Under the pieces are notes generated by a model. The model searched no databases. It saw only the letters and a list, made by a program, of their open reading frames with translations, and was not told where the DNA came from. A stretch of DNA of 64,000 nucleotides from Piromyces finnis finn (taxonomy: Eukaryota > Fungi > Neocallimastigomycota), in the NCBI GenBank assembly GCA_002104945.1, contig MCFH01000049.1, positions 186,001 through 250,000 of the forward strand, in the 5' to 3' direction. Position 1 is the first letter of the stretch; each line of letters opens with the position of its first letter. Shown here piece after piece: positions 35,286 to 48,806 of the stretch. The position numbers and the translations under genes were made by a program.

Positions 35286-36221
35286 AATCTATTGACCTTT
35301 TAGTATTGAAGTAATTTAGATTTTGTTTCAAACTATCATTCAATAATTCTTTTAGTTGCAAAAAAATGGTTTTAATTAATTGTTTTATCTTTTAAGTTTG
35401 CAAGTGAAATAAAAAAAAAATTATAAGTAATAGACAAACAAAAATAAAAAAAAAGGTAAAATATATTTAAAATAAAAAATATTAAAGTTCATTATATAAA
35501 TATTTTTAAAAAAACTAATTTTTATTTAAAACATATAAAATTATTAATATTGAAATTATTATTAACATTTAGTTTTTAAAGTTTTTATAAACTATTTAAT
35601 GGAATAATAGGTATTACTAATTTATTCGGTAAATTTTATTTTATTAATACTATATATATTGGATAATTTTTTTTTTGAAACTTTAAGTATTTAATTATTC
35701 CTCTAGCTACAATTTATCAATTGTAATATTATCAATATTTTTTTTTATTTTAACATAAAGATGCATCTAATATTTAATATATTTTATTTTAAATATTATC
35801 ACTACAATAATGATTAAGTATTTATAAAGATCCATAAAAAAATTACTTATTTAAAAATATGATAATTTCTATATGAATATATATATACATTATACATTTT
35901 AAATATCTTATTAATAATATATTCTAAAAAAAATAAATATGATTATCAATATAATTATTAGTAATGCGTTAATTCTATTCTCTATATTGTATATATTAAT
36001 ATACTATCATATACTTAATAATCAGTAATAAAAATGTAATAAAATAATATTATAAAGAAAAAATATAATATCTTACATTCGGAAAATAATATATACTACT
36101 TAAACTTTAATAATGTAAATATCTTTATTATTTTAAAGAATTATACAAACTTCTACTACCTTATTGAAAGTTTTTTTTTTTTTTCCTAATAAAGAAAGAT
36201 TCAATTATATTTAAATCAAAA

Positions 36222-36771
36222 TTTTTTTTTTTTAACTTCCGAGTGCATTTCTCCCATCGATCAGAGTTAGCTCCAATGGTGGTTCTTAGAGAAACGTTGG
36301 CTCATTCCTATTGCTAGGTGGTTGTGACCCTCCTGGTCTGTCATACTGTTTCTTCAGCTTCGACGCTCACTTAATCCATGTACATTAGATGCATGTCGTT
36401 GTACGATATTTCACAACTACAATGCTAAGCCTCTTATAGTCAATTTGATCACGTGTCAACCGCCCCCTAATGTTTACACTTAAAAAATTGATTAAGGAAT
36501 ATTATGTGTTTTTGGCATAGCCTAAGTCACCACTTATTAAGTTCTAATTTGGAATGTACCATGTACACTAGACCCTCTCAGGCCGGCTAGACGAGTGTTA
36601 TTATCATAGTAGTAAATTAGAAAGTTCATTTATACTTACCTGAATATCATAACCCAACCCATGGCAAACCCAGTGGGAAAATCCACAGGCACTGACATCT
36701 GCGGGGTCGAACCAGAAGCCTTATGTATGCTAAGGAAACGCCTTAACAACCAGGATAAAAACTGGAACGAC
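36222..36771 (-). mobile_element. Non-autonomous SINE-like retroelement with Pol III-like head, LINE-related 3' block, poly(A) and 13-bp TSD
   Basis: GC-rich 550 nt. TSD ATTTAAATCAAAA at 36209-36221 and 36772-36784; poly-T at 36222-36233. B-box-like GGTTCGACCCC (36713-36703) and A-box-like TGGTTGTTAAGG (36752-36741). Segment 36325-36368 matches LINE 8144-8187 at 39/44 nt. Confidence 0.8.
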
Positions 36772-37038
36772 ATTTAAATCAAAAAGGAATAATTAAAATA
36801 ATTCTATTTTAAAGTTTTTAAAGTTTTTAAAGTTTTTTTAAATTTTTTTTTAATTTATTTTTAATTTATTTTTAATATTTCTATACTTAATAAGGTTTAA
36901 TAGAAATTTTTTATTTTTCTTATTAATTAAAGTTAATTTAAAAAATTTATGTTAATGTAATGTAACGTATTGTATTAACTCAAAAAATTGTAATAAAATT
37001 AAACTCTTCATCAAAAAAAAAACGACACACTTTTTTAG

Positions 37039-37190
37039 TTTCATGCATCTAATTTACATGGATTAGGTGAGCGTCGAAGTTGAAGATTCAGTATGACAGA
37101 CCAGGAGGATCACAAACACCTAGCAATAGAAAAGAGCCAGCATTTCTCTAAGAACCACCATTGGGGCCTCAGAAGTTAAAAAAAAAAAAC
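37039..37190 (+). mobile_element. 5'-truncated copy of the same SINE-like family
   Basis: Matches the 3' about 140 nt of the 36222-36771 element and ends GAAGTT(A)n. Flanked by the imperfect TSD A(n)CGACAC(A)CTTTTT(T)AG at about 37013-37038 and 37179-37203. Confidence 0.8.
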
Positions 37191-38055
37191 GACACCTTTT
37201 TAGATTTTCAATAATCCATTATATTTAATATTTAAGTATATATATATATGAATTATATGTAAAAAAAAGTTATTAATATACTAATGTATAATATAGTTTT
37301 AGTGAAAATAAAATATAAATTATATATATATATTTTTCGTTTAATTAACAATATAATTTTAATAATAAAATATAAAAAATATATTATTTCAAGTATTGTT
37401 ATAAACATAATAAATTTCAATTTTTATAAGAAATATTTGAAAAACCAAAAATATACTTTTTTATTTATGTATAAATATTCTTTTTACAACAATGATTTTT
37501 TTCATTGTTTTTAAATATTTTAATATTAAATAATAATTAAAATGCTTTTAAAATGAAAAAGTGAAATTCAGTAAATATAAATAATATATATATTTTTAAA
37601 AATAAAACTATGTATTCAATTATAATATTCAAGTGGAAGAACCAATAAAAAAATATATGAAAGCATTTTATTTACAATAGTAACAATATAAATGTTCTAA
37701 GCTTGATATATTTTTCAAATTTTGGATACTAGAGAATTATTTATATGGTATTTATAAGTTATTATTTATTAAATATATAATTTGTTAAAGATAATTATTA
37801 TATAATTTTTTTTAAACTATTATATATAATATATAATAGTTTAAAAATTTTATAATATTTACATGACAATATATGACAAGATAGAATCGATTTGTTATAA
37901 TATATTATTATACTATTATAGATATTATAGTTTATAAAATTTTATTTGCAGTATTAACTTTTAATGAATTGATACATTATTTTATAAAATTACTTCATTT
38001 TATACAATTAATTGTTTATATTATATAAAATTATAAAATTAATGGGAAAATGTAT

Positions 38056-40303
38056 TCATAAAAATATTATATTTCTATTTTTGTTTTCATTTTCTTTAGA
38101 AAATTTCTTTTTACTTTTTATATATGTTAGTATTATTGTTATAAAAATAGTTATAAAAAAAATCCCCACAATAATAATTAATAATTTATTATTTTTATTT
38201 TTTGTCTTTAATAATGGATTATTTGATATATCTCTTTGTTTTTAATCAAAATAAAAGCAATAAATTTATTAGTACTAAAATATAAATTCATATTTATATT
38301 TAATTTTATAATAAATTTATATAAATTAGAAAAGAAAGATTAATTACAGATTCTTCAAATTTAATTTTTTAATTTCTTTCGGAATTGAGCCATTTAAATT
38401 ATTATTTGATAAATATCTTTTTTTTTTTTTTTTTTTTTTTTTGAATATAAAATAAAAAATAATATATATATTATGTTATAATGAAATATAATAAAATAAT
38501 AAATACTATAATTTAATTACAAATATTTTAATTTTGATAGCCTTCCAATTTCAGGTGGTATGGGTCCAGTTAAATTATTTCTTGATAATTCTCTATTTAT
38601 TTAATAATAAAAAATTTATTTATTATTTATTAGTATTATCTATTTTTATTAGCCTTTTTTAATTAAAATATTACAATAATTCCAATTGAGCTAAATTCCC
38701 AAGTTCTGGAGGAATATAACCTTCTAAATTATTTTCAGATAATTCACTATAAAATAACAGTTAAACCTTAATAATATACCTATACAAACGAATATAATAC
38801 AATTTATTTATTGTAATAATTACATAAATTTTAAATTAGATAAACGCCCAAGTTCAGGTGGAATAACTCCGTTTATCTTATTTGCATTGATTTCTCTATT
38901 TAAAATGGAATTGAAAAGTTTTAGAAATAAATGGTATAATTTACAAAAAGGGAATCAATATTAATTAACTTACAAAGATTTTAAATTTTTTAAATTTCCA
39001 AGTTCAGATGGTATAGAACCATTTATAGTATTATTGGATATATCCCTATTTTATATTTAATATAACTTTAATAAAAATAATGATTTTTTCAATAAAAATA
39101 AAATAAAACACAATAAGACAATATTCAAATTAAATACAATCTCTCTAGGTTTATTAAATTTCCAAGTTCTGGTGGTATTGTACTATTTAAATAATTATTA
39201 TCTAAATTTCTTTAAAATGAAAATAAAAAAAAAATTAACAATATATTTTTTACTAATTATAATAAATGGTATTATTATTTTAATTAAAATTACAATTGTG
39301 TTAATTTTGATAAATATTTTAATGATGGAGGGATTGAACCTGTTAAATGATTTCCAGATAAATATCTTTTTTTTTCAAATTGAAATACTATTTAATTAAT
39401 AGATTGAATTTATATTTTTAATGATAAATAATATTTAAGCAGTTACAATTCTCTCAAATTAGATAAATTTCCAAATTCAGGCGGTATTAAACCATATATT
39501 TTTTTCCCTTTTATATATCTATTTAAATGTGTAAAAATAAATGAAATATGATAAACATAAAATCGTTTATTATCCTCTTTAATATAAATAAGTATTAATA
39601 ATTACAAATATTCCAAATCCGATAGATTCCCGAGTTCAGGTGGTATAGAACCAATTAATTTACCACCATATATATATCTATTTTATATTATATTAAAAAC
39701 AAATTTTAATATATATATTTTTTTATTATATCTATAATTTAATACTACAAAAATTTTAGATTAGTCAAATTTCCAAGTTCAGGTGGTAAATAGCTATCAA
39801 TTAATGTATTTAAAAATCTTTTTTAGCCAAAAAAAAAATGCATTAATATAAAGTATAATGAGTATTTTATTGAATTAAAATAGACAGAATATGTGAAAAA
39901 TTAATTTTATTTTAAATAAGCAAATTTTAAATAGTAATATAATTTTTTAATAATTCAACGATACTGAAATATTTAGGAATACTAAATAAGCAATTTGCTT
40001 AATTTTCATAATTTTTAATAATAATTATTCATAATAATAATTATTTTATTTTATATATTTCTTTTGAACTTTTTTTATTATTAACAATATTACTGAATAT
40101 TGTTAAACAAAAAATTGAGTAATTCATTACATTTTAGTGATATGGCCATTTGAACATGTAATTCCTTCATCATTACAGCAATTGTTTGATTTTTCCTTAT
40201 TCAATAATATATTTATTGGATAACATTCCTCATTAGTATAGTCTTGTGCAGAAATATACTTTATTAAAATAATGATAGTAATTAGTAATTTAATAATTAT
40301 CAT
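38056..40303 (-). CDS. LRR receptor-like protein 6 (9 LRR exons, cap, TM, truncated tail)
   Basis: ATG 40303 (MIIIKLLITIIILIKYISAQ...NCCNDEGITCSNGHITK). One 69-nt and eight 72-nt exons, then a 69-nt cap exon. The last exon stops at RNIIFL*, where paralogues continue SFGSENHP. Confidence 0.85.
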
Positions 40304-40863
40304 TATTTATTAAATTATATAATACTAATATAATTTATTTATATATAAATCTATAAAAAATTTGTTTAAAGTAATATTTTTTTTTATTATTATTATTATT
40401 ATAAAAGCAAACTTTTAATAAAGTATTTTTTAAAAGTATTTAAGAAAAAATTATAAAAATCTATCTCTAATAAAAAAAAATTAATTTTAATATAAAAGCT
40501 AATGAAAATTAACATTATTTTTTATAGAATATTTATCAATATAATACATATGTATTATAATATTAACCTACTATTTTATTGTTATATATAATAATTTGTT
40601 TATAGAAATATAATACATTATATAAAATATTGCATTATATTTCTCTATTGGTATCATTTTATTCATTAATATAATATAAAAAAGTAAACTTTAAATACTT
40701 TAATGATTCTTTTCTAAGATTAAATATGAAACTATAATTAATAATGATTTTTACATTTCATATAAAGTTTTATTTAATATATAATGTTCATGCTTATTAA
40801 CTTTATTATTAATGTATTCTTTTTTTATACATAAAATTTGTATTATATTGAAAAATATACATA

Positions 40864-42428
40864 TTAATTAATAAAAATAGGAGGGTGATTTTCTGAACCG
40901 AAAGATAATATATTTCTATTTTTTCTTTCATTTTCTTCTTTATTGATTTCCTTCTTAGTTTTTATATAAGCAAATAATAAAATTATTATAATGATTATAA
41001 TGCATGCTACTACAACAAAAATAATTAGTAACTTTTTATTATTTTTAGTTTTTAATAATAGATTATTTGATATATCTCTTTACATAATGAAAGTAAAAAA
41101 TTAAATAATCATTAGAAATACTTGAATATATTTTTATTTTAATGTTATATAATATTATTTTTATAAGAAAAAAGAATAATTACAGATTCTTTAAATTTAA
41201 TTTTTTGATTTCCTTTGGAATTGGACCACTTAAATTATTATTTGATAATATTCTATTTTGAATATGAAAATAAAAATTTCAATATTTGAAAAAAAAGAAA
41301 AACATACATTCTTCTACATATATATATATACGAAATATAGAATTAATTACAAAGTTTTTAATTTTGATAACTTTTCAAGTTCAGGTGGTATAAATCCAGT
41401 TAAATTATTTCCAGATAAATCTCTATTTATTTAAAAATAAAATATTAAATTTTTAACATTAAGATTTAATTTTTATTATTATTATTATTATTACTAAATG
41501 TATTTTTATAATTTCATGTTAATTACAAATTTTCCAATTTAGACAATTTCCCAAGCTCAGGAGGAATAAAACCTACTAAATTATTATTTGATAAATCTCT
41601 TTATATCAAATTAAAAATGAATAACAAAAAAAATTATTTATATTATAATTTAATAGATTATATTAGATAAAAAGGTACAGATATTTTAAATTAGATAAAT
41701 TTCCAAGTTCAGGAGGTATAGAACCAACTATGCCATTTCCTTCAAGCTGTCTATGTTAAATAATGTTAAAATTACTATTCATTTATATAATATGAAATAA
41801 CTAACGACAAAATATTTTTAATAATTACAAATATTCTAAATTAGTTAAATTTCCAAGTTTGGGAATAAGAAGTACATTATTATATTCGTAACTAATACAT
41901 CTTTATAAAAAAAAGTATAATATTAATAAATAATAGATATTTAAATATTTAAAAATAAATAAAATCTTGTGGAATAATTTATAACAGTTATATGATTTTT
42001 CATTTTAATATAATATATATATTATAATAAATATTTAAAAAACATTTTTTGCATAAAAATTGAATTATTTAAGAGTTGTAACATAATAATCCTATTTTTT
42101 TTTATATTTCCTTTTCTCTATATTTTTATTTTCTTTTATAAATTAAACGTGTGTTGTTTCCTATAATAGGATATCAATCAATATTATCACCAATTTTTTA
42201 AACATCTATGAAAATTTATAATACTATCAACCTTATTTACATTTTTGTGATATGACCATTTACACATACAATCCCGTTTTCTAAACAACAATTATATGAT
42301 TGTTCCTCTTATAATAATATATTTACTATATTACATTCTTCACTAGTATATTTTTGAGAAGAAATAAATTGTATTATAGTTGTGAAATTAAATAATAAAA
42401 AATATATGTAATTACGATGCTTTATCAT
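40864..42428 (-). pseudogene. LRR receptor-like gene 7 (4 LRR exons) with nonsense codon in exon 1
   Basis: Exon 1 from ATG 42428 has an in-frame TAA at 42311-42309 (NILL*EEQSYNCC). The four 72-nt exons, cap exon and TM/SFGSENHPP exon are intact. Confidence 0.78.
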
Positions 42429-42781
42429 TATTAATAAAAAAAAAAACAAATTGTTAATTACATAAGAATATATATAAATATGAATAAAAAAAAATAAAAA
42501 AATAATAAAAAAAAAAAAACATAAAATTAAGAAGAAATATAAAGTAATTGTAATAATTATTCTAAATAATAATTTTTTTTTTTTAAATTAAAAGTACTTA
42601 AAGAAGTATATAAAAAATAAAGTTTCCAATCTTTAACGATTCAAATATTTTAAATATTTCAACTACTAGTAAAAAAAAAAATAAAAAAATAAAAAAAAAA
42701 GTATATATATGATTTACTCTATCTTTAAATAGTATTATATAGTTATCTTTAAAAAGTTAAGAGTTAAATTTTAAGCTTTTA

Positions 42782-42824
<43 letters not shown>

Positions 42825-42959
42825 ATTACACTTGAAAAATATAATATTAATAATGAGATTTTATTTGACATATACATTGTTTAATAAGAAATTTTTTTGA
42901 TATATTTTTTCTTAATTTATAAAAATAAAGTAATAATGATTTCTTCAAAGTATTGATTT

Positions 42960-45064
42960 TTAAGAAATGTATATATCAGGGTGATTTTCTGAACCAAAAG
43001 ATATTTTATTTTTACATCTTTTTGCATTCTCTTCTTCAATGATTTTCTTTTTAGTTTTTAAATATGATATCAGTATTATTAAAATAATAATTACAACGCA
43101 TATTACAATAATAAAAATAATTAATAATAAGTTATTATTATTTTCAGTTTCTAATAATGGATTATTTGATGTATTTCTTTAAAGTTATAAGCATAAACAA
43201 AGTATTAAATTTTATATATTATAATAAACATTAATATTTGAACATTTATATTTATATTTTTAATAATTTATATATAATATACAGTTTTATATTTAATTTC
43301 TTTATTTCTTTTGGAATTGAACCACTTAAGTTATTATTAGCTAATGTTCTATTTTTAATAACAAAACAAAGATATTTAAGAAAATACAATATTTATAAAA
43401 TGTAATAATTAATTATTTATAATAGAATAGTTACAAAGTTTTTAATTTTAACAAATTTCCAAGTTCAGGCGGTATTGATCCTGTTAAATTATTTCTTGAT
43501 AGATCCCTATTTTGTATAAGTATTAATATTGAAACATATTTTATATTTATTTAATAATGTATTATTTACAGTCTTTCTAATTTAGATAAGTTTCCAAGTT
43601 CAGAGGGTATAGGACCATTTAAATGACTTTCTTTAATATCTCTATTATGATAATGAAAAAAAAAAATTAATAAATTAATTATTATATATGCAAATAGATT
43701 ATTAATTATGATATAACATTAAATATTACAGGTTTTTTAAATTTGATAAATTCCCAAGCTCGAGAGGTATAGTATTAATTAAAGTATTCCTTGATAAATC
43801 CCTAAAATATATTATGTTTTTAATATATTTATATTATTTTTATTATTTAATAATATAATCGATTAAAATACAATTTTTCCAAATTTATTAAATTTCCAAG
43901 TTCAGATGGTATAGCACCACTTATATTATTATTATCTTGTATAACTCTTTCATATATAGTCAACATATTTATAATTAGTATTAAACAAATTAATGTTTAA
44001 TATTTATATATTTTCTTTTTAATTACAATTCTTTTAATTTTGATAAATTTCCAATGGAAGAAGGAATTGAACCCGTTAAATTACATTGGGATATAATCCT
44101 TTAATTAAAATAAAAATATTGGACTTGTTTATAAATATATATATATATATATATATTTTTTTTCCTAATATAATATTAAAAAATTACAAATGTTCCAGAT
44201 TAGATAAATTTCCAAGTTCCGATGGTATTGAACCATATATATTTTTTCCTTGTATTTTTCTATTAAGTATTACATAAACAAAATATAATATTTTTATTTT
44301 TTTATTATAATATTATAAATTATCAATAATAAGAACAATAATAATTACAAATTTACTAAATTTGATAAATTCCCAAGTTCAGGTGGTATTGAATCATTAA
44401 AACCTTCACCAGTTATATATCTATTTTAAATAATATTCTCAAATTATTATTATCATAATCTCTAATAATTATTTTAATATAAAATAAAACATTTTTAATT
44501 ATTACAAGTTTTCTAAATAAGTTAAATTTCCAAGTTCAGGAGGAAAACTAAGAGTATATAACGGTAAATGAAAATATCTTTATTTTTGATGAAAATGATA
44601 TAATATTATTAATAAAAAATATATAGTATTTTTTATTACAATTGAGTATATTATTGAATGAATTTAAATTATGAATATAAGCTAGATACTATTCTAATTA
44701 ATTTGATGTTATACAAATAATAAAATAAATATAACATTGATTTCTTTTTATATTTAGAAATAAATAGTTAAAGTTTCAATTAAAAATAATACTCATTTTC
44801 AATTATATATATATATATTTTCATATTTTATTTTTTATTCTTTATTATCTAATTTATTAACTCAATATTTCAATTAATGAAATATTACATTATCGTGATA
44901 TGACCATTTGTACATATAACTCCTTCATTTTTACAACAATTGTTTGTTTGATCTTTTAATAATATTTTATTTATTGGTTTACATTCTTCATTAATATCAC
45001 TTTGAGCTGAAATAAGTTTTATTATGAAAAAGGACGTAATTGATAAAATAAAAAGTATATTCAT
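42960..45064 (-). CDS. LRR receptor-like protein 8 (8 LRR exons, cap, TM, SFGSENHPD tail)
   Basis: ATG 45064 (MNILFILSITSFFIIKLISAQ...NCCKNEGVICTNGHITI). Seven 72-nt exons and one 75-nt exon, then a cap exon. The last exon ends KISFGSENHPDIYIS*. Confidence 0.87.
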
Positions 45065-45702
45065 TTGCTTGTAACTCTTATTATTATTAAGAAATATTAA
45101 AATATAGAAACAATTTTAGTATTAATCATAGATAAAAATTAGAATGAGATTTCTAAAAGAAAACCTTTTTTTTTATACTCGCTTATAAATATAGAAATAA
45201 AAATGTTTATAATTCCAAAAATATCCAATTTATTAAAATTAACGCGTATAAAGATATTTCAATCCAAGAAATAATTATGATTTATATTATTAAACTAATT
45301 AATGCTTTAAAGTATGCTAATAATAAATTTTGTAATAATTAATTATTATTATTTTGGTAATATTTTTCGAATATCATATACATTCTTTAGTTTATATATA
45401 AATTGCTATATTGTTAATATTATGTTTATTACTATTATATTTCATGTATTTTATATTTTTAATTCTATTTTTTTTATAAAAAATGAATAAAATATTATGG
45501 AATATTTCAATTTTAGTACTAATAAATTATGATTAAACTTTCTATAATTTCCAATATTATAAAGAACATCTTATTTCATTAATGTATTACATTATTGATA
45601 ATGTAACGTACAAAAAAGGAGCTCAAATTATTTCATTTACATATTTATAATTACTTTAATACTATTTCAAGAATTTCAATTTCTTATATAAAGTAATTAA
45701 TA

Positions 45703-47371
45703 TTAGGTAATGCAAATAGGTGGGTGATTTTCCGAACCAAAAGATATAAAATTTTTATTTCTACTTGTATTTTTTTCCTCAGCAAATTTCTTTTTTGTTT
45801 TTAAAAATACCATTATTAATAATATAGAAATGATTAAAATACATGCTACCACAATAAGAATAATAAATAATGTACTATTATTTTTAGTTTTTAATAATGG
45901 ATTGTTTAACGTATGTCTTTATAATAAATTTAAAATATAAATAAAAAGTGTTAAAATACATACATATTGAAGTAAAAAAAAAAAGTTTATATTTAAATTA
46001 TAATTATAATTTATATATAATGAATTTTCTTATTAATAATTAAAAAGATAATCACAGTTTTATATTCATTTTTTTTATTTCTCTCGGTATTAAGCCACTT
46101 AGATTATTATTAGAAAGGTTTCTTTTATTATTAATAATATTATTATTTAATATAAAATTAGAATAATTACTAAAAAATATTACATAAATTGGGATATAAT
46201 ATAATTATTATTATAACTTAATTACAAAACTTTTAATTTTGACAAATTTCCAAGGTCAGGTGGTATAGTTCCTGTTAAATTATTTTTAGATAAATCTCTT
46301 TTATGCATAAAAATAAAATATTTAATTATAGTTAACATTATTTATTTGTATTTTATTTTAATTAATTACAATTTTTCTAAATTGGTTAATCTCCCAAGTT
46401 CAGACGGAATAGAGCCTATTAAATCATTATCAGATAAATTTCTATTAAATTATAATTAAAATAACATTATTTTAGTAACAAATATAAAACAATGTACTAT
46501 TAATTGAATAATAAAAGTTACAAATATTTTAAATTTGATAAATTTCCAAGTTCAGGTGGTATAAAGCTCTGTATTAAATTACTCTCAATTTCTCTATTCA
46601 TAATTAGTGGAATAGCATTAGTAATACATACATTATACAATATATTATTCGCTTTAAATTTATAAATATTACAGATTTTTTAAATTTGGTAAATTTCCAA
46701 GTTCAGGTGGTAAAGAACCAGTTATATAATTAAAAGATAAACATCTATTTTATAACGAAATTACTTTTAATAAAAAAATAATAAATATATTATTAATGAA
46801 TATTTAATTAAATACATTCTTTCCAAGTTTAATGCATCTCCAAGTTCAGATGGAATAACACCACTTATTCTATTACTCTCTATAATTCTTTCAAATAAAA
46901 ATAATAAGTATAATAATTCAATAATAAGTATTTAATTGTTTAAAATATTTAATGGTTATATATCTACAAATTACAATTGTTTTAATTTTGATAATTTTCC
47001 AAAGGAAGAAGGAATTGATCCGGTTATACTTGTTTTAGTTAAATATCTTTTTTAAATAAAAATATTTTATTAGCAAGTAAATTAAATTAATATATTTTTC
47101 ATAATATATTATTTATTCTATTACAATTCTTCCAAATTTGACAAATTTCCAAGTTCAGATGGTATTGTACCATTTATATTCCTTCCATTCAAATGTCTAT
47201 TTAAAATAAGAAAAATGTTTAATATAAAAAGCTTTTCTTTTATATATTGTGTTCTTTATATATTTTAATAAATTTACAAATATTTTAAATTTGATAAATT
47301 CCCATATTCAGGTGGAATAGAATTAGTTAAGTTATTCCCATTTAAATGTCTATTTAAGGAAGTTCGGAAAA

Positions 47372-47409
<38 letters not shown>

Positions 47410-48104
47410 GAACATCTTTATGCCTTCATCTATGAATTTTTAATAATATTTAATATAAAGATTACAGATATCTCAAATTCGTTAATTTCCCAAGTTCAGG
47501 TGGTAATGAACCAGATAATTCTTTTCCTTCTATATTTCTGTTAAAAATATATATATATATTAAAATCATTGAAATGGCTATTATAAATAAATATTTTAAT
47601 AATTCTACAAATATTCCAGTTTAGTCAAATTTCCAAATTCAGATGTTATAAAACTAGTTTTAAATATATTCAAATTTCTTTTCGAGAATGATAATGATAA
47701 TAATAATAATAATAGAAATATATTAACATAAATATGTTATATTTAATTCAATATAATACAATAGTTATTTAATTTTCATAATTAGAATAATAATTATTTT
47801 ATTTCTTTTAACTTTATCTTAAAAAAGACTAATGTATTATCTTTTGTAAAATAAGAAATCTTTTTAGTTAAGCTTTTTATAAAATATTTCTTTGAAAAAA
47901 AAAACCATATTAATATAAAAACGAAATTCATTACATTCTATTAATGTGTCCATTTGAACAAATAATTCCACCTTGCTGACAACAATTTTCTAACTTTTTA
48001 TTTAAAAAGTTAGATATTACTTTGCATTCTTCATTTATACTACTTTCTGCTAAAATAACCTTTATTAGTAAAATGATATTGATAATAATATTATATATTT
48101 TCAT
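45703..48104 (-). CDS. LRR receptor-like protein 9 (10 LRR exons, cap, TM, SFGSENHPP tail)
   Basis: ATG 48104 (MKIYNIIINIILLIKVILAE...NCCQQGGIICSNGHINR). One 69-nt and nine 72-nt exons, then a cap exon. The last exon ends FISFGSENHPPICIT*. Confidence 0.87.
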
Positions 48105-48806
48105 TTTATATAAAATATAAAGTCGATATCAAACAACTAAATTATTAATCATACTAATATATATATAATATTTCTAAAAGTTAAAACCTAAAAATAATAT
48201 TTTTTAAGCAATAAAAAAAAAAAAGAAACGTATAAATTAACTGAATTAAAATATTATGAATTATTCTTTTATTTTAATTATAGGAATATCTCTTAATAGG
48301 AATAATTATGTTTCTTTTAAAATTTTTATATATAAAAAAAAAAAGGAATGATTTATTCGGTAAATTTTAGAATAGTATTTAGAGTTTAAAAGTATTTAAA
48401 AAGATATAGATTAATTGTAATTGAATGGAATATCAATATTATTTTTAGTTTAATGGGAATATTTTATTTTTTATTTTTTAATATTAATATTTAAAGTAAT
48501 TCATTAAAAAAGAATATCAATAATAACAATGTTTCTTTTATAATAATTATTTATTTTTATTTGTATATTTCTCAAGTTAATCTTTTATTTTAAAAGAATG
48601 AAGAATTCAAGGATTTATTAAACTATTAATTGCTTTATTATATTCATTATAAAAGTAACAAATAAAAAAAAATTTTCAAATACATCTATTATTCATCCAT
48701 TTTACATTATTATTTAGTGTAATTTTTTGTGGTGGTGGTTAATCAAAATGTATATAATATATGTTACGGGTTTCTTATTATAAATTAAGTTTTTATCTAC
48801 AAAGTA

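Noticed and set aside
36690-36771. Functional tRNA gene
   Set aside because: No complete acceptor stem or canonical anticodon loop, and it lies within a TSD-flanked poly(A) element.
36632-36780. Plus-strand ATACTTACCTG as a U1 snRNA gene
   Set aside because: No U1 loops or Sm site follow; it is the complement of a donor-like motif inside the SINE.
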